This document shows, piece by piece, positions 26,001 through 41,979 of a DNA stretch of 64,000 nt. The stretch spans positions 39,556,001 through 39,620,000 of the forward strand of contig OX597825.1 of assembly GCA_951406725.2 (NCBI GenBank), read 5' to 3'. The DNA is from Octopus vulgaris. Lineage: Eukaryota. A program made the position numbers and the translations under genes. Under the pieces are notes generated by a model. The model had not been told where the DNA came from, searched no databases, and was given only the letters and a program-made list of their open reading frames with translations. Every line of letters begins with the position of its first letter. Within the stretch, counting starts at the first letter, position 1.

Positions 26001-28763
26001 AAGAGTCACAATACCGGGTTTTCGTTGTATTTCATGTGAATTGCTTAAGTGAATTGCTTTTGCAGAGGTGTGTTTCACAATATTTAATAGGTAAAATTTG
26101 TCGTTAGTAGCTGGCTATTTCTAGAGGACATTTAAGATTTTGAACTACAGAAATATTAACTGCTTTGAAAACACTGTTTTCCATCTATATTATTCATTGA
26201 TATTTCATACACATTCGCATTTGATACTATAGTATAGCAAAACACTAAATTCTTTATTGTTGTAATTGAAGAGAAAAGAATCATTATGCTTTTTTCTTTC
26301 AGCGATTCCCATTTGGGATTTTTCGAAAAATTTATAATAATTTCCAAAATGATTACCATACGAAGAAGATATAAATATTATATATTATTTTAACCCTTAA
26401 AAAATATTAATTAAAATTTTGGCATTTAATGGGTTAACACGGTTACTGACAACAGTGCTGTTACTATTACCTGGAACATTCATATTCATACTCATAGAAA
26501 AGTAAAAGGCGTCATTATCCAAGACAAAGTCAATATTTTTATTTTGCAAGTGACTGGAGAACTCGTAGCTGTTGCAATTGGAGAACTACAACTGATAAGA
26601 AAGGGGATGAGAAGATCTTGCTGTATGCAGGTCAACATAAATATTCGTAGAAATATAATTTCCCCCTACTCGATCATGGTGATGCAATTCTCCAAATAAA
26701 AATGACTAATATATATATATATAACACCTTTCGACGTGTCTATCGTGAACGACGAGTTTTAGTTTTTTTCTTTCTGCATTGCTGACCTTCGTCGACACGC
26801 AGAATTCTTTACAACGATTACATTTACATATGTGATTTTGAAACTGTGATGTCCGTTTAATGAATACCTTTGAGAGAACTTTCTTCTTCTCGTCATCTTC
26901 ATTTACTTATTGTTAAAAATATAACGCTATATTTCAGAAAGAGAAAATCACTGCAATTATTTTGAGGCTAAACTATTCGAAGTCTATGATATGCTGACCA
27001 ACACAATTAACATTCTCCTGAGATAAATAGGCGTATTAACAGGTTTTATCAAACAACATAAGTTGACTTCCATTCAAAATGTCACACTTCTAGGATCCAT
27101 AACATAATGCACAACATAATGACGAGACAGCTGCACTTATGTATGCCTGTGTGTAATAGCATATGTGTGCATGAGTGTTTGTATGTGTGCCAGATGTCAT
27201 CCAACTCGTCAGGTTTAAGGTATTAATGAGTCTGTATTCGGTTCTATCATGGATGTATTCCCATTGTGTGACGTGAACAAAATATTGGGGCATTTATTCT
27301 ATACCATTTACTCTTTGATGTACAGTCGAAACACTCGAATCTTACCTAACTAAAATAAATTTAGAAGGGATTGTCACCTATATGAAACTTGGACACAAGG
27401 GGTAACAGCAAATGTTCGAACTACTCTAGCTGCGCCTTCCTAAAATATCCACTAAAAACGGGCAACAGTACTCGCATTGAAAAGAATAAAAAAATATCTA
27501 TTTTAACTCATCTCTACGGATACAACAATATGAAATACCAGTTTGAGACTTCTATCTGCAGTCGCAAAAGTATACAAAACCGTCTTGTGAAATTCTTTTG
27601 TAGAGAACATTGTAATTGAATCTATATAATGAAAGCTTTTGAAAGTCAGACTTGCTCTTAAATTATTTGCCTGCATTTAATAAACTCTATTCATTCTCTC
27701 TCTCTCTCTCTCTCCCTCTGGCTATTTATCTATCTATCTCCGTCTCTCTTTCTTTCTTTCCTACTGATGAACAATTGACAATCTAATACGAAAAAACTGA
27801 AACTCGGGAACGTCTGTCAAATAATAAACACTCTTCTCTCTATAAGACATGTCTAATGTAATAAGATACTGAAGATTGCTAAGTTTAGCTTAACTCAAAT
27901 TAATATGTGCGGATGATTCTAGAAAGGGATGAAATAGTTGTTAACATAACTATTAACAAACAACTACAGCCTTATAGATTGTAGTAAACACATAAACGTG
28001 TATAAACAATAAAACAACTTAGCTCTTTGATGAAAATTCAAGTTATTTCAGTTCACAGCACCTCGATTAAGCTTAAGGGAGGAATTGCATACACTATGAT
28101 ACTTGATCACCAGAATTATACTGTATGGTAATAATAATACCAAATTTTTGGTATTAGTATTACTGCTTTTCTTATCTATGCATCATCCCAATTCTAATTC
28201 TTAATTATTGCTTCAATAAAAGCGATCGATATGTGAACTGAAAACCATAGGGAGAAAACAGTATAAAAATCAATTCATTCCCAAATCTGTTCAGAGACCA
28301 TTAATAAAATAACATCCTGTTACATATAGAATGGAAAGTACCTGATACCTATATAGATGGAATTATTTGAAAATTATTTATGAAGTGCCCGCAGGTTCAT
28401 TTCAAGACATAGGTACGGGTACAAAAGAGAGAAGAATGTTTATTCCTTCATTCAACACATTATTCCTGCACCTAATACACATAAATTAAATATAAAGAAC
28501 ATATTTTAAATGCAAAACACTTCGAAAAAAAAGAAACATCTTTGAATTTGCATAAATCTAAAAATCGATTGTACGAGAAATAAATGGAACTAATGTTAAC
28601 ATTAAATAATACTTTAAAAAAGATAAGGAAAATAAATGAATTTGCTTCTGATGTAAATCATTATATACATGTGTGTAAGGTAGGATGCCTGTGCAACATT
28701 CCAAGACCTCCAAAAGAATAAAATTTAAAGGAATAATAATAATTCAAAAATTGAATGAGAGGA

Positions 28764-28807
<44 letters not shown>

Positions 28808-28827
28808 TAGTACCTCGGTTTTCGAAA

Positions 28828-31800
28828 AACTTGTTTCTTCATAGCCCACACGGGGCCTACATAGAGGGGTCAATAGAGCCTGATTTGGGGTTAGGCACAC
28901 AAAATGAGATTTAGAAATTTACAACGATGTCGAATGGAAATCGGATGGTAAATTCAAAACATGAAAACGAGGCGGGAGAATAGGTTTTAGTTCCGATCCC
29001 ACGAGCCCTGTTCCACTACCAACACCTTTTGGTAACCCTTCAGACATGTTTACGCAGTGTCTTTCACACACAGCATTCGTGCTACACGTGCCCATCTGTC
29101 TTTGTACATTCTCACTGACAGACCCACATTCTTTTTCAGGTGACTTGTGAAAAATCTCATCAAACCGAGGCCAGAGATGAAGCAGCCCATCACCAATCCT
29201 TTCATTCGCGACTTCCATATCACCTCTTTCACGATTGCTACTACCGCGAGAAAACAATTCTTACCTTCTTTCGTAAGGAAATCCGGTGGGTTAATTTTTA
29301 AAATTGACTCAGACGACAGCTGTACTATTCTTGCATCTAACAGCAGGTGTTCTGCATAAGCCCACACTTCCGGACTCTGAACAATAGCGTGCAGGATGTT
29401 TTCCCAGTTCTTCTCGCATCTTTCACAGGCCGATGTGCTGGGATGGCCGTGTCTAGTGAGCTTATCCCGAACGGGTAAGGTTCCTCCGTAACACAGCTGG
29501 AATTTAACCAGTGGTTTCGGCCTGAATGTCCTTTGGAACAGACTGTCTAACTAATTATTATCGAAACCTAAGGTCTGCCCTAGTGTGTTGACACATCCAG
29601 CCTCTACCAACCTGCTATAAAAAGATGCGGTTGTACCAAAACCACAGGCAATGCCCGAGCTACGGAACTGTAGGAGAGCCTTACGGCACACCGTATACCA
29701 AGTACCGAACCTCGATCTTCGACGAAACCAGCTTTCTCGTCCACCAAAACTAGTGAACTTGGGAAGCATCTGTTTCGCAAGCAGAGACCACACCCGTTCA
29801 CCATGCAGGTAAACACAGAGATTCCTCAACCTCAACGCATGTTTGGGCATAAACAGCCAATGCATCCCTAGCCCACGGTTTTTCACATCTGATAGAACGT
29901 CTCACAAATGGAGTCGAGTCCCTTCCACAAGAAGCTGAAGATCTGCCTCTCCAACTTGCTCAACCACGAATCTCGACAAGGATCGACGGTTACGCGGTAA
30001 ATGATAATCGCAGCGAGGAAAACATTGGCCACCTCCACCCGCGCATTCAAGGATAGCCACCGTCAAGACCAGGTCTTGACTACGAGGGTCACCTTGTTCG
30101 ACACCTCAGTTCAGTTCTTTTCTACATGGAGATCTGGGCCAAACCAGACACCCAGCAACTTAACAGGGCCCTCCGTCCAACTTCCCAGGACGCTATTCGC
30201 AGGCAACGACTTTCCCATCTAGGTGCCGAGTTGCAAGCCGACTTATTTTTCCCGGTTAATCTTTGCTCCTTCCACCGTCTCGTAAGCCTTAATAGATTCG
30301 CCTACCTTATGTAGGTGTTCCATCTCGGTTACGATGATGGTGATATCGCCCACATATGATGAAACTGATCCTCCACCACCTGGATTCGTTGAGATGTCAC
30401 TCAACTTTCGCAGCAACGGCTCAAGAGCCATCACGTACAAAGGTGCTGAGAACGGATATTTTTGGCGAACCGAACGTTTGATGCAGAACCGCTTCGAAAG
30501 ACAACCGTTCACCCGAACGATCGAGTTGATGTTATTGCACAATTGTATGATCTACCAAAGGGAGCCAAGACTCAGTCCGAACCGTGCGAGAGCGGACACC
30601 AGGTAATGATGGTCTATCCTATCGAACGCTTTAGCATGGTCTAAATGGACTAGTGCCCCACCCTTGGCAGAATTACTAACAAACACGTCTACGGTGTAGC
30701 GTATAAGATAAAGATTATCCTGGATGCTTTTGCCGGGCATAGCATATGTCTGTGTTTCACCTATCAGACCATCCGCGGCACTTGTCAATCTTTTTGCTAA
30801 CACCTTGGCCAAAATTTTCAACTTTGTACTTAGCAGAGTGATGGGCTGAAAGTCCTCTCTACTATTCCCCTTGTCCGGGTCCTTTCTAACCAGCGTCACC
30901 ACTCCTCGGGAATCAACCAATTCTGGTGCCAGTTTGCGTAAACACTAGCCAGTAGGTGTCCGAACAAGTCTGGCATATTCTTATATAGTTCGTACGGTAG
31001 ACGATCAAGACCCAGCGCCCTACCAACACCATAGTCTGCTATAGCCTCTATCATTTCCTCAGGTGTGATCGACCCTCCACAGAACTCCACATCCTGCCCC
31101 GTGAGACGCGGCAGCCAGTTACTTCTTTTCTTCCATGAACAGCGCTTCCAGGAGAGTGATTTTATCCTCTACCCCCAGCGTTACTGCCTCGACCAACCAT
31201 ACAGCATTCACCACCTCCAGTGGTATGTTGCTGATCTTTCTTCGTGACGCCCTCCTGCCCATATATATGGGCAGGAGTTCCACGTCGTCTGTTCTCAGTG
31301 GGTCTAGAGAATGGAGTTTTGCTTTTTCTGCAGACGTCATTCTGACCTTAACCGTTGCAAACCTTTTACCTCTTGTGAGGTATGTGATCTAGTGCCAAAA
31401 TGCCTTGACGCATCTTTCCACCTGCATCTCTACGACGTAGTCTGTGTTAATATCTTTCACTTTGTATGTTTTGTAGATAATCGTACTTTTATTTCTGAAA
31501 CTTCCCTTGTTAACATTCTTTTATGGTCTTCCAGTAATTCTGTGTTAATTTTTTTAACCTTTCCTCCCGCTCCTGCCGCGAAATCTATCTTTCTTGGCGT
31601 CTCTTCATTGTTTATTGCTATCTCGCCAACTGCCAGGCTTACTACCTCAATATTTCTTCTAATGTTCAATTTTTTTTTGTGAGTTTTTCGTGGTAGTTTC
31701 CTCCCTTCTGGGAGTTATAACTAGTGTACATCTTTCTTCTGAGTCGTCTTCCGACAGATACAACTCTGGAGTTATTAAGTTTTTCCATTTTAAAAAAATG

Positions 31801-32047
31801 GCACAAACAATATTTTTCAAAACATTTTTTGGCTGACGCCGCACAAATATATCCGACTTCTACAGAAAAAATAATAATTCCCTCGCGCGTGGGAATTAAC
31901 AATAACCTGCTTTTAAACAAATCAGCACAATTTTTTTACAATTCACAAACAACAATTCTTCAAACAATGAACAAATATCTCCCACCTTGAACCATTCAAC
32001 AGCAACACAGTAAACAACTCACATAGAAGGACGAGACCAACTAGCAA
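28828..32047 (-). mobile_element. Tx1/L1-clade LINE, internally deleted and decayed (ORF1 start joined to the RT/zinc-finger half of ORF2)
   Basis: Minus ORF pieces GLDRLPYELY, FQPITLL...KILAKVLAKRL, LDHAKAFDRIDH, SVRQ...SAPLYVMALEPL, YVGDITI, GAKINREK, RGLGM. Confidence 0.88.
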
Positions 32048-32059
32048 CGGCTTTCGAAC

Positions 32060-33798
32060 AACTTGTTTTGTTTTTACCCAAGGTGATCTAAATAAAGAAT
32101 TCTTTTATGGCACAAACATAAAATCAGGGAATTAAAGGTACAAAAAGGAAATCGAGCAAAGGAGAAACACAAAAGAAACGAATGAAAATATGTAAAGTAA
32201 TATAATAAAGCGTAATTCCCACTCGTTCTCCGGGGTCGATAGGTTACATTTGGACAGTTTTTCTCTATCTTTTAAAAAAAATCTCACATTTCTTTCCATA
32301 TTTTTAAAAGGAAAAGTTCACATTTTAATCATCTTTTTTAAAAATTGTTCATGTTATATTTAATATTATATGAAAACTTTGAAGTTTTCAAACTTTGAAC
32401 GTTCCACCACAGGTGGCATTGCATTACACAACACCGGCCCGTCAATCATCGCAACCAATCCATGGTAAGAATTCAAAATGTTATACTTTTCGAAGTTTAC
32501 CAGCACACATCACTCATTTTCCCCGAACTTCTCTTTGAGCAGTTTCACCCTTATCATATTCTTCCACTTAGATATCCTTCTCCCCGCCTCTACACTCTTC
32601 TTGTAATAAATCATGAATCCATTATTCTTGTAATCCTCCTTCTCCTCTGGTTTCTTCTCTACTTCATGCGTAAGTTTAGACGGCTCTTCACCTTTTTTGG
32701 ACGTCTTCTCAGCTTCTGCTGCCGATCCATGTGATTGTTCTCTAGTTCTTGCTTTCTTTCTTCTTTTGGGGTTAACAAATCCGTCACTCCTCTCCGTTGC
32801 CACTTTTGTTCTGTCTTCCTTCTCTTTTGTTTTATTTCGATCAGTTTTTCCCCCGACTCCATTTCTCATTCTTTATCTTCCACTTTCTCACTCTGTTGTG
32901 TATGCTCACTCTGCATATGCTCGTACATGGAGCACTTTGTCTTCATATGACCACAAATGTAGCAAGTGGGTCTATGTCCTTCCACAATCACCTGCAGAGA
33001 ACTCTCCTTCACAATCTCAATCTGGTAGGGACCATTTCTATATCTTCAAATGTGGCAAAAAGCCATATCCCCATCAGTTCAGGATATTGGTCCTTCCTAC
33101 AGGTCCTAGTTTCAGGTTGTCCTCAGTGGCATCCAGAAGAGCTGCCACAAGCCACTCTGTTTCAATTTCGGGTGACACTCTCGCTACCCTGATCCTCACA
33201 CTGCATCTTCCAATACCGTTGGTAGCAGCTTCAGATTGACCGACCTCAGGATAGTGGTGGAGTGTAAGGCCGCCTCCCGTTTGGTGCATCCCACATTTCT
33301 ACCGTGTCATACCTCTTCTCTCAGCTAACAAATGTTTGAATTATGTCTCCTACACATTCTTCTTGATTATGTCTCCTACACATGCCTCATCTTCTCCCGA
33401 CAACTTCTTTATTTTGTTTGTGGCAACCGCTTGTGTGCGGTACACTAATGTCGTGTCGTTTTTATTGTTCAGTCTCCAGCAGAGGGACCAGTGAAAGCGT
33501 CTCCCTCCTTCAGCACAACTTGTTAGATTTTTAGAACTTGCTCTATGTCAAACTCTCTCAGCTTTGCATCCAACGGCCTAACTGCTTTCGGCGCAGCGAT
33601 CTTTGTATATCTTTCTATGCAGCAAAAGATCAATTTTTCCCCTCCCACAATGGGGAGAAAAAGTTTAAGAAACAATAATAGCAGCAAATAAGAATACGCG
33701 TAAGTCGCTTCAACAGTAATAATAACAGTAATAACAACAGTAAGTCTCAAAGACAACCTTCCTCTTTCGCAACGTGGTCAAAAATGACTAACTCTTCG
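32060..33798 (-). mobile_element. LINE-derived element with decayed ORF1 only (HAL1-like)
   Basis: Minus pieces VRIRVARVSPEIETEWLVAAL, VEGHRPTCYICGH (zinc knuckle) and a K/E-rich tail; no RT before the next target-motif copy. Confidence 0.6.
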
Positions 33799-34579
33799 CT
33801 CGCTTTTCGAACGCCTCTGATCACGAGTAAATCCTGCTATATATATATATATATAAAGCAGGATTGATACGTGATCAGAGGCGTTCGTAAGCCGAGGTTC
33901 TACTGTATTAAATGAATATGAGAAAGACAGGAGATAAAGTACTACTATTGATTCGCGATGACAGTTGTTCCAAAACCGAGGTTCTACCCTCTCGCTCTCT
34001 CTCTCTCACTCCCTCTGCCTCTTTCTCTCCCTTTCTCTTTCTCTCTCTCTCTCTCTATATATATATATAGAGAGAGAGATATTTTGCTCTCAGTAATTAA
34101 AAATAGAACAAGATGAACTGGTTCTTCTCAAGGCCAAGTTCAGCGCACTCATTGATCTCTAGGAGTTGTAAACACATTTGACCTCTGCTGACTCCAATGG
34201 TGTGAGACCGCTTTTGTTTGTTCTATCACATTATTGCACAAGAATAACTATTGCTGATCACTTCACCATCTACCGATTCTATTTACAGACCCGTTGAATT
34301 TAATCTATTCACCAAGTTGTCTCGCTTGCTACTACTGTTCCCTTAAACACTCACATATTTATGATCATCTCAAGTACAAGTCAAAAGTTAAAACTAAACA
34401 ACATTCAATAATACCTTTTAATAATAAATGGAAATAATAGTCATAATGATGTTGATAATGATAATAACAATAATTTAGCCAAAACTCATGTCGGATCAGA
34501 GGAAATATTAACAATGACAAATGGAAGTAAATAAATGAAAATAATAATATCGGTGGTGGTGGTGGTGATGATGATGATC

Positions 34580-34643
<64 letters not shown>

Positions 34644-34843
34644 CAATAATAACAACAAAAAAGAAAGGAAACTGTTGGAATCTCCCGATGCTATTATTGA
34701 TAATACACCTAGTGATGCTGTAACAAAAAGAACACTGGTAATTGCGCGACCTCGGTTATTATTCCCAAAGTATTTTTATGTCATTATTATTACTATTATT
34801 ATTATTATCATTTTATTATTATTATTATTATCATTACTATTAA

Positions 34844-34916
34844 GGGCACTGCCTGTGATCGAACACGGAATCATGGCGTTTGTAGCCCGCGGTCTTAACC
34901 ACTACACCATATGCCC
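34844..34916 (-). mobile_element. tRNA-derived SINE head / tRNA-like remnant
   Basis: A box TGGTGTAGTGG and B box GTTCGATC on minus; stems poorly paired. Confidence 0.55.
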
Positions 34917-34934
34917 ATGGGTATAATAATGATG

Positions 34935-34970
<36 letters not shown>

Positions 34971-34996
34971 GTAATAATAATAATAATAATAATAAT

Positions 34997-36873
34997 TTCA
35001 TTTGGCATTTTCCAGGGTGACTCACTATCACCACTCTTCTTTTGTTTAGACCTAATACCTCTCTCGAAATTGCTCAATGACGCACAGTACGGATACAAAA
35101 TGTTGGATTAAAATATAAATCATCTCATTTACATGGATGATTTAAAGCTCTTTGCAAAAAATTACCAACAACCCAAGGGCTTACTAACGATTGTTAAACA
35201 ATTCAGCGATGATATCAGAATGCAATTTGACCTCGATAAATGTGCAAAAGCTACCTTTATCAAAGGAAAAATGACAGAAACATCTAACGTTTACCTCGAC
35301 CAGCAGAATGTCATAAAAGATTTAGATCCAGCGGAGAGCTACATGTACCTAGGAGTAATTGAAGGGGATGGAATAGGGCATTCAGTGATGAAGGAAAGGA
35401 TCAGGAGAGAATGTTATCGCAGAGTATGAGCAATACTCAAGACAGAGCTGAATGCAAGAAACAAGAGCGAAGCGATCAATGCTTTCGCCATACCAGTCGT
35501 GACTTACCGTTTCAATATCGTTAACTGGTCAATTACTGAAATATGTAATCTTGAGAGAAAAATACGAAAACTGTTGACAATGCATAGAATGCACCACCCT
35601 AAAGCAGATATAGAACGACTTTATCTGCCAAGAAAAGAGGGAGGCCGTAGACTTTTACAACTGGCAATAACAATGAAGATTGCTACAAATGGCCTAGACA
35701 CCAACCTGAAAATCTCTGAGGACTGGATGTTAAAACTTGCCTCAAAACATAAAGACAAGAAAGCATCATACTCAGTAACAAAACAGGCAAAAAAAAATCT
35801 AAGTAAATTCCAAATACAACAAATTTCGGAATTAGACACACAAGAAACAAGCACAGAAAAAGCTAAACGCATGACAACCCGTGCTAAAACAGCTGCTTTA
35901 GATATTCTGAATAATAAATGGCAAGAAAAACCTCTCTATGGCAAATACCCAAAGAGAGTGAATAATGCAGATTTTGACAAAGCCCTGACCCATCAATGGC
36001 TAATGGCCTCTGACTTAAAATCTGAAACCGAAAGGTTTATCATAGCAGCTCAAGATTAATGCCTACCTACAAAGAACTACAAGGCCAACATTTTAAAGAA
36101 CGGCAGTAACCCAACATGCCGTGTATGTCAACAACAAAATGAAACCATTGATCATGTTGTCTCCAAGTGCAGTCTTCTTGCACCTACAGAGTATCTCAAC
36201 AGGCATTATAGAGCTGCACAATATATTCACTGGGTAATTTGCAAAAGCCTGGACTTGCCACATGATAAAAACTGGTGGGAACACAAACCACCTCCAGTGC
36301 TTGAAAATTACCACATCTCACTCCTCTGGAATTTCACCTTTCAAACTGACAGAAAGATAGACGCGAATAGGCCAGACATCATATTGAAAGACTCCTGACA
36401 AAGAACATGCCTCCTCATTGATATGACTGTCCCCGTCGATATAAACGTATCTGTCAAGACCTACCAGAAACTGAGCAAATATAAAGATCTGGAAATAGAA
36501 ATCAGCAAAATGTGGAACCTGAAGACTAATACAATACCTGTTGTCATAGGTGCCCTAGGAATGATAGAAAAGGGGCTGATTGCTACCTAACCCAGATACC
36601 AGGAAACACAAAAATGGCAGAAATTCAAAAGATAGTGCTCATGGGAACTGCTCATATCCTACGCGACATACTTTCTATGTAATCTCAAGTTTTAAAACAA
36701 ACACAATTTTCGTATGTTCTTTTAGGCATTCACTAGTACAACACTAAGTATAAAAAACCAAATATATGGCACGCTAGGCATAACACCAACATGAACTTCC
36801 AACTTGTTGTCTCTTGAGGTCTCTGGGTGAGACTTGGTGCCAGCTTCTGCAAATGTAAAGCGAAAGTCAAACG

Positions 36874-36875
<2 letters not shown>
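34997..36875 (+). mobile_element. 5'-truncated Dong/R4-like non-LTR retrotransposon (RT plus REL endonuclease) in (TAA)n
   Basis: GIFQGDSLSPLFFCL, YMDDLKL, RLYLPRKEGGR, CRVC...HVVSKC, RPDIILKD, LIDMTVP, KYKDL; several stops and frameshifts; (TAA)n on both sides. Confidence 0.9.
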
Positions 36876-36943
<68 letters not shown>

Positions 36944-37007
36944 GTGGTAAGAAGGTAACAATAATAAAAATAACAATAACAATAATAATAACAATAATAA
37001 TAATAAT

Positions 37008-37083
<76 letters not shown>

Positions 37084-37104
37084 TTAATAATAATAATAAT
37101 AATG

Positions 37105-38545
<1,441 letters not shown>

Positions 38546-39091
38546 TAATATTAATAAAATGATAATAATGATGATGATGATGATGATGAAGAGGATGGGA
38601 GGTGGAGAAGAAGAAGAAGAAGAAGAAGAAGAAGAAGAAGAAGAAGAAGAAGAAGAAGAAGAAGAAGAAGAAGAAGAAGAAGAAGAAGAAGATTGCTTTC
38701 AACTATAGCCACAGGGGCTTTGATTTTAGGGCATGAATCTTTTCGATTAAATCCTACTCTACTGGTTGCTTTTTCTTTATCCAACCTCAAGTGGTGGGAG
38801 GTAAAGTGGACCATTTCCAAATTTTAAATTAGAACCTAATTTAATACGCAGTTTCAGTTAATATTGTTCCTGCATTAGCAACTGAGAGTGCTACATGATA
38901 ACCATCTCAGCTGCGAGAATACGGCAATAATATTGTTGGGTGTATACAAATTAAAGATTGTTTACCTCACTTTGGAATAGCGAGCACGGTTCACATTCAT
39001 TTACGTATGATTACACATTAAGATTACATATTCCACATTTTATATACACATGCAAGTGTGTGTGTGTGTCTCTCTCTCTCTCTCTCTCTCT

Positions 39092-39171
<80 letters not shown>

Positions 39172-39275
39172 TATGTATAGATATGTATATATATATATAC
39201 ATATATGTATAGATATGTATATATATATATACATATATATAATATGTATATATATTTATATGTATATATTATGTA

Positions 39276-39326
<51 letters not shown>

Positions 39327-40279
39327 TGTGGTGTCTGCAGTAGTGGTTGTGCGAATGAATGTATAGTCGTATTTTAACTGATATACAATTCTCATTTCTC
39401 AGCAAAACAAGAACACACAGGCAACATGAATATAACCTTTTTGACAGATAATAACCTCGTAAATGAATTTATGTGTCTATCCATTATTTCTGCATCCAAT
39501 AAAATAATCATTCCTTCACACGCAATCTATTTGATAACATTTAATAACCCCAAATATTTGAATTCAGACATTTTAAGTGATCTCTTCCTCATTTTCTTTC
39601 ATGCTTTTTTTCCAGACACCTGTCACTAATTAGTAATTCTATCACATTAACTATATTAGCCACCTTCTTCTTCTTCTTCTTCTTCTTCTTCTTCTTCTTC
39701 TTCTTCTTCTTCTTCTTCTTCTTCTTCTTCTTCTTCTTCTTCTTTTTCTTCCTCTTCTTCTTCTTCTTCCTCTTCTTTCTCTTCACATTCTTCCTCTTTT
39801 CATTTCTTTTTTCGATACTTTTCTTCCCTCACCACTTTCTCTTCTTCTACTGACACCCGTAACTTTTCTAATAGCTTATATTCCTTCCTAACCTTGTTTT
39901 TCATCGTCTTGATTTTCAGTCCTGCATTCAATATTATCAACATCATGACATATATATCACGACATTGCAAATATTAAGAATAGAAGTACCGACTTCATTT
40001 ACAGGAATTTATGGAACATATAAAAAATTTGAGGTGTTATAGAACATAGGTCATATCTGGGTGCAATTACGTTACAAAAGCAGTGTATTGATGACCTAAA
40101 TATAAAGAAATACATACATCAATTTCGAATGATGCCGTTGAAATATTTATGACAACAGAAAATATCCTTACAGGTAAAAATGTGTAGATTCTGTAGAATG
40201 TCATGTATTCATTCGTTGCTAGAAAGAAATTGTGGGTATACTTTCTTCAGTTGTAGATATTTCAATGTGCATGGCTGGA

Positions 40280-40570
40280 GAATGGTATAGAATACTTTTT
40301 GTAATCATGTGGCATATTCTCAAGTTTTCTGTGGTGGTTAGTTTCTCCAGACAACACCGCTTTTGTTTACCAGTCTTCCCCATAATTCCACGTATATTTT
40401 GTCAGTGAAGACAATGTTACATTAGCTGCTCTCTATTGTACAGCATGAACACCGCGTGGCTTGAGCTACCAACATCTAGACGGCATGTTTGATGTCCTCA
40501 TTTAACTCTCTCTTCTCTTTTGAGTTGTTGAGATCGACGCTTCCTAATCACTGCACCATCACGTAACTGT
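40280..40570 (-). mobile_element. Possible highly decayed Tc1/mariner transposase remnant
   Basis: Minus pieces IVFTDK...VNK...W resemble IxFSDE...G.VNxQN..W. Confidence 0.3.
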
Positions 40571-41979
40571 GAGTCATGTATGCACGTGAGACAAATATAT
40601 CTGTATACATATTTGAAAGTTTATGACGATTACTTAATGTAACCTTTAAAATGTGATTTTAATATTATTGTTCTTTTTAAATATTATGAAATATTTTATG
40701 GGGATGTTACTAAACTTTTGGGGATGGATATTTTTTCAAGTGTGTAAGCGCTTTCGTTAAGCCTTTTCAAACATACGTGCTCTTAATTATTTTCGTACTA
40801 GTGGTAGTGTTATTTCCGGTTTATTTCCGAACTGTTGTTTTGCTCATAAATATACTTTCATCATTGTTTATTATATAGAATGATGACTATTTTCGGCTTA
40901 GTTTCGGATTTAGAATTTTTATTAAGTAATCTTCTTTTGCCTTTTGTAGTTGTATATTTTCATCGTTTAATTTGTATAATGAGAATATTTAAAATTTTCC
41001 TTTTGCACAGATATATAGATGTTCACTTCATAGGACATTCCTAAGAGATGAATCCATAAATTACACGGATGGTCAGTTTCCTCCCTATCTCCCTATGTAG
41101 ATTTCATTGCATTGTGGGCATGTGATGCAGTTGATGAGGTTTTTTTTTTTATTTTGCAATTTATGTTTGCATTTATTTTTCATTTCTTCCCATTCTTAGG
41201 TCTTTTGGTTGTCCCTTGTTTAATTAATTCGCGTATCCCACAATAGTGGGTTTGTAGCATCGTTTCTTTTTTAAATGTGAATCACTTCATGTTAGGTGTT
41301 CGGCTTTACTAATCGTTGGAGATCTGGTGACTGACATAGAATTGGGATATTTCGTTTGGCTGAGTGTAGGATGCTGTTTCTATGATTGTGGATGACTAGA
41401 AACGGAATATTTTAATTTTTATTTTTATTTTCAGACCTAGCTAAAATATACACCCTACTTACATTCTTTTGCAAACCCTTACAAGATTCCATTACAAAAA
41501 TTTGACGCACGGCATTAGTAAGATTTTAATTAGTGGATAAATTTTGAACCTTTGACATTTATATTGTTATAGCAAATGACTTAATCCATTAAAACAAAAA
41601 CAAAAAAAATTACTACTAATCGCCATCCTAGACCTACCTACATCCTTTCCATGAACCGCTAAAAGCAATGGGATGATCTAGAATATACATATCTACTTGC
41701 AAATTTCTATATACGTGAATAAATTCAAAGCCATGATATAACCCCAAATTACATCAATAAATATTTCTCCTAAACTCAATTCTGTCACAACCGAGACTAC
41801 GAGCTAATTATCATTCCACACAAGCCAGCGTACTAAAGGAAGGTTTTAACTCAACGGACTAACCAGGCAAGATGAAATTCAGCGTCTCGCAGTCCGACGA
41901 TGCTTTAGCTGGTTTAAACTTCAAAATCACTGTCAATAATATTCTTGTTTATATACATATATATATATAATGATAGATA

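Larger units (their letters stand above)
28805..33905. mobile_element. Tigger/pogo-like MITE split by LINE insertions
   Basis: TA-CAGTAGTACCTCGG at 28805 and CCGAGGTTCTACTG-TA at 33892-33905; palindromic body 33799-33905; extra TIR-like copy at about 33964-33986. Confidence 0.65.

Noticed and set aside
34844-34916. Functional tRNA gene
   Set aside because: Anticodon and T stems do not pair; better explained as a SINE head
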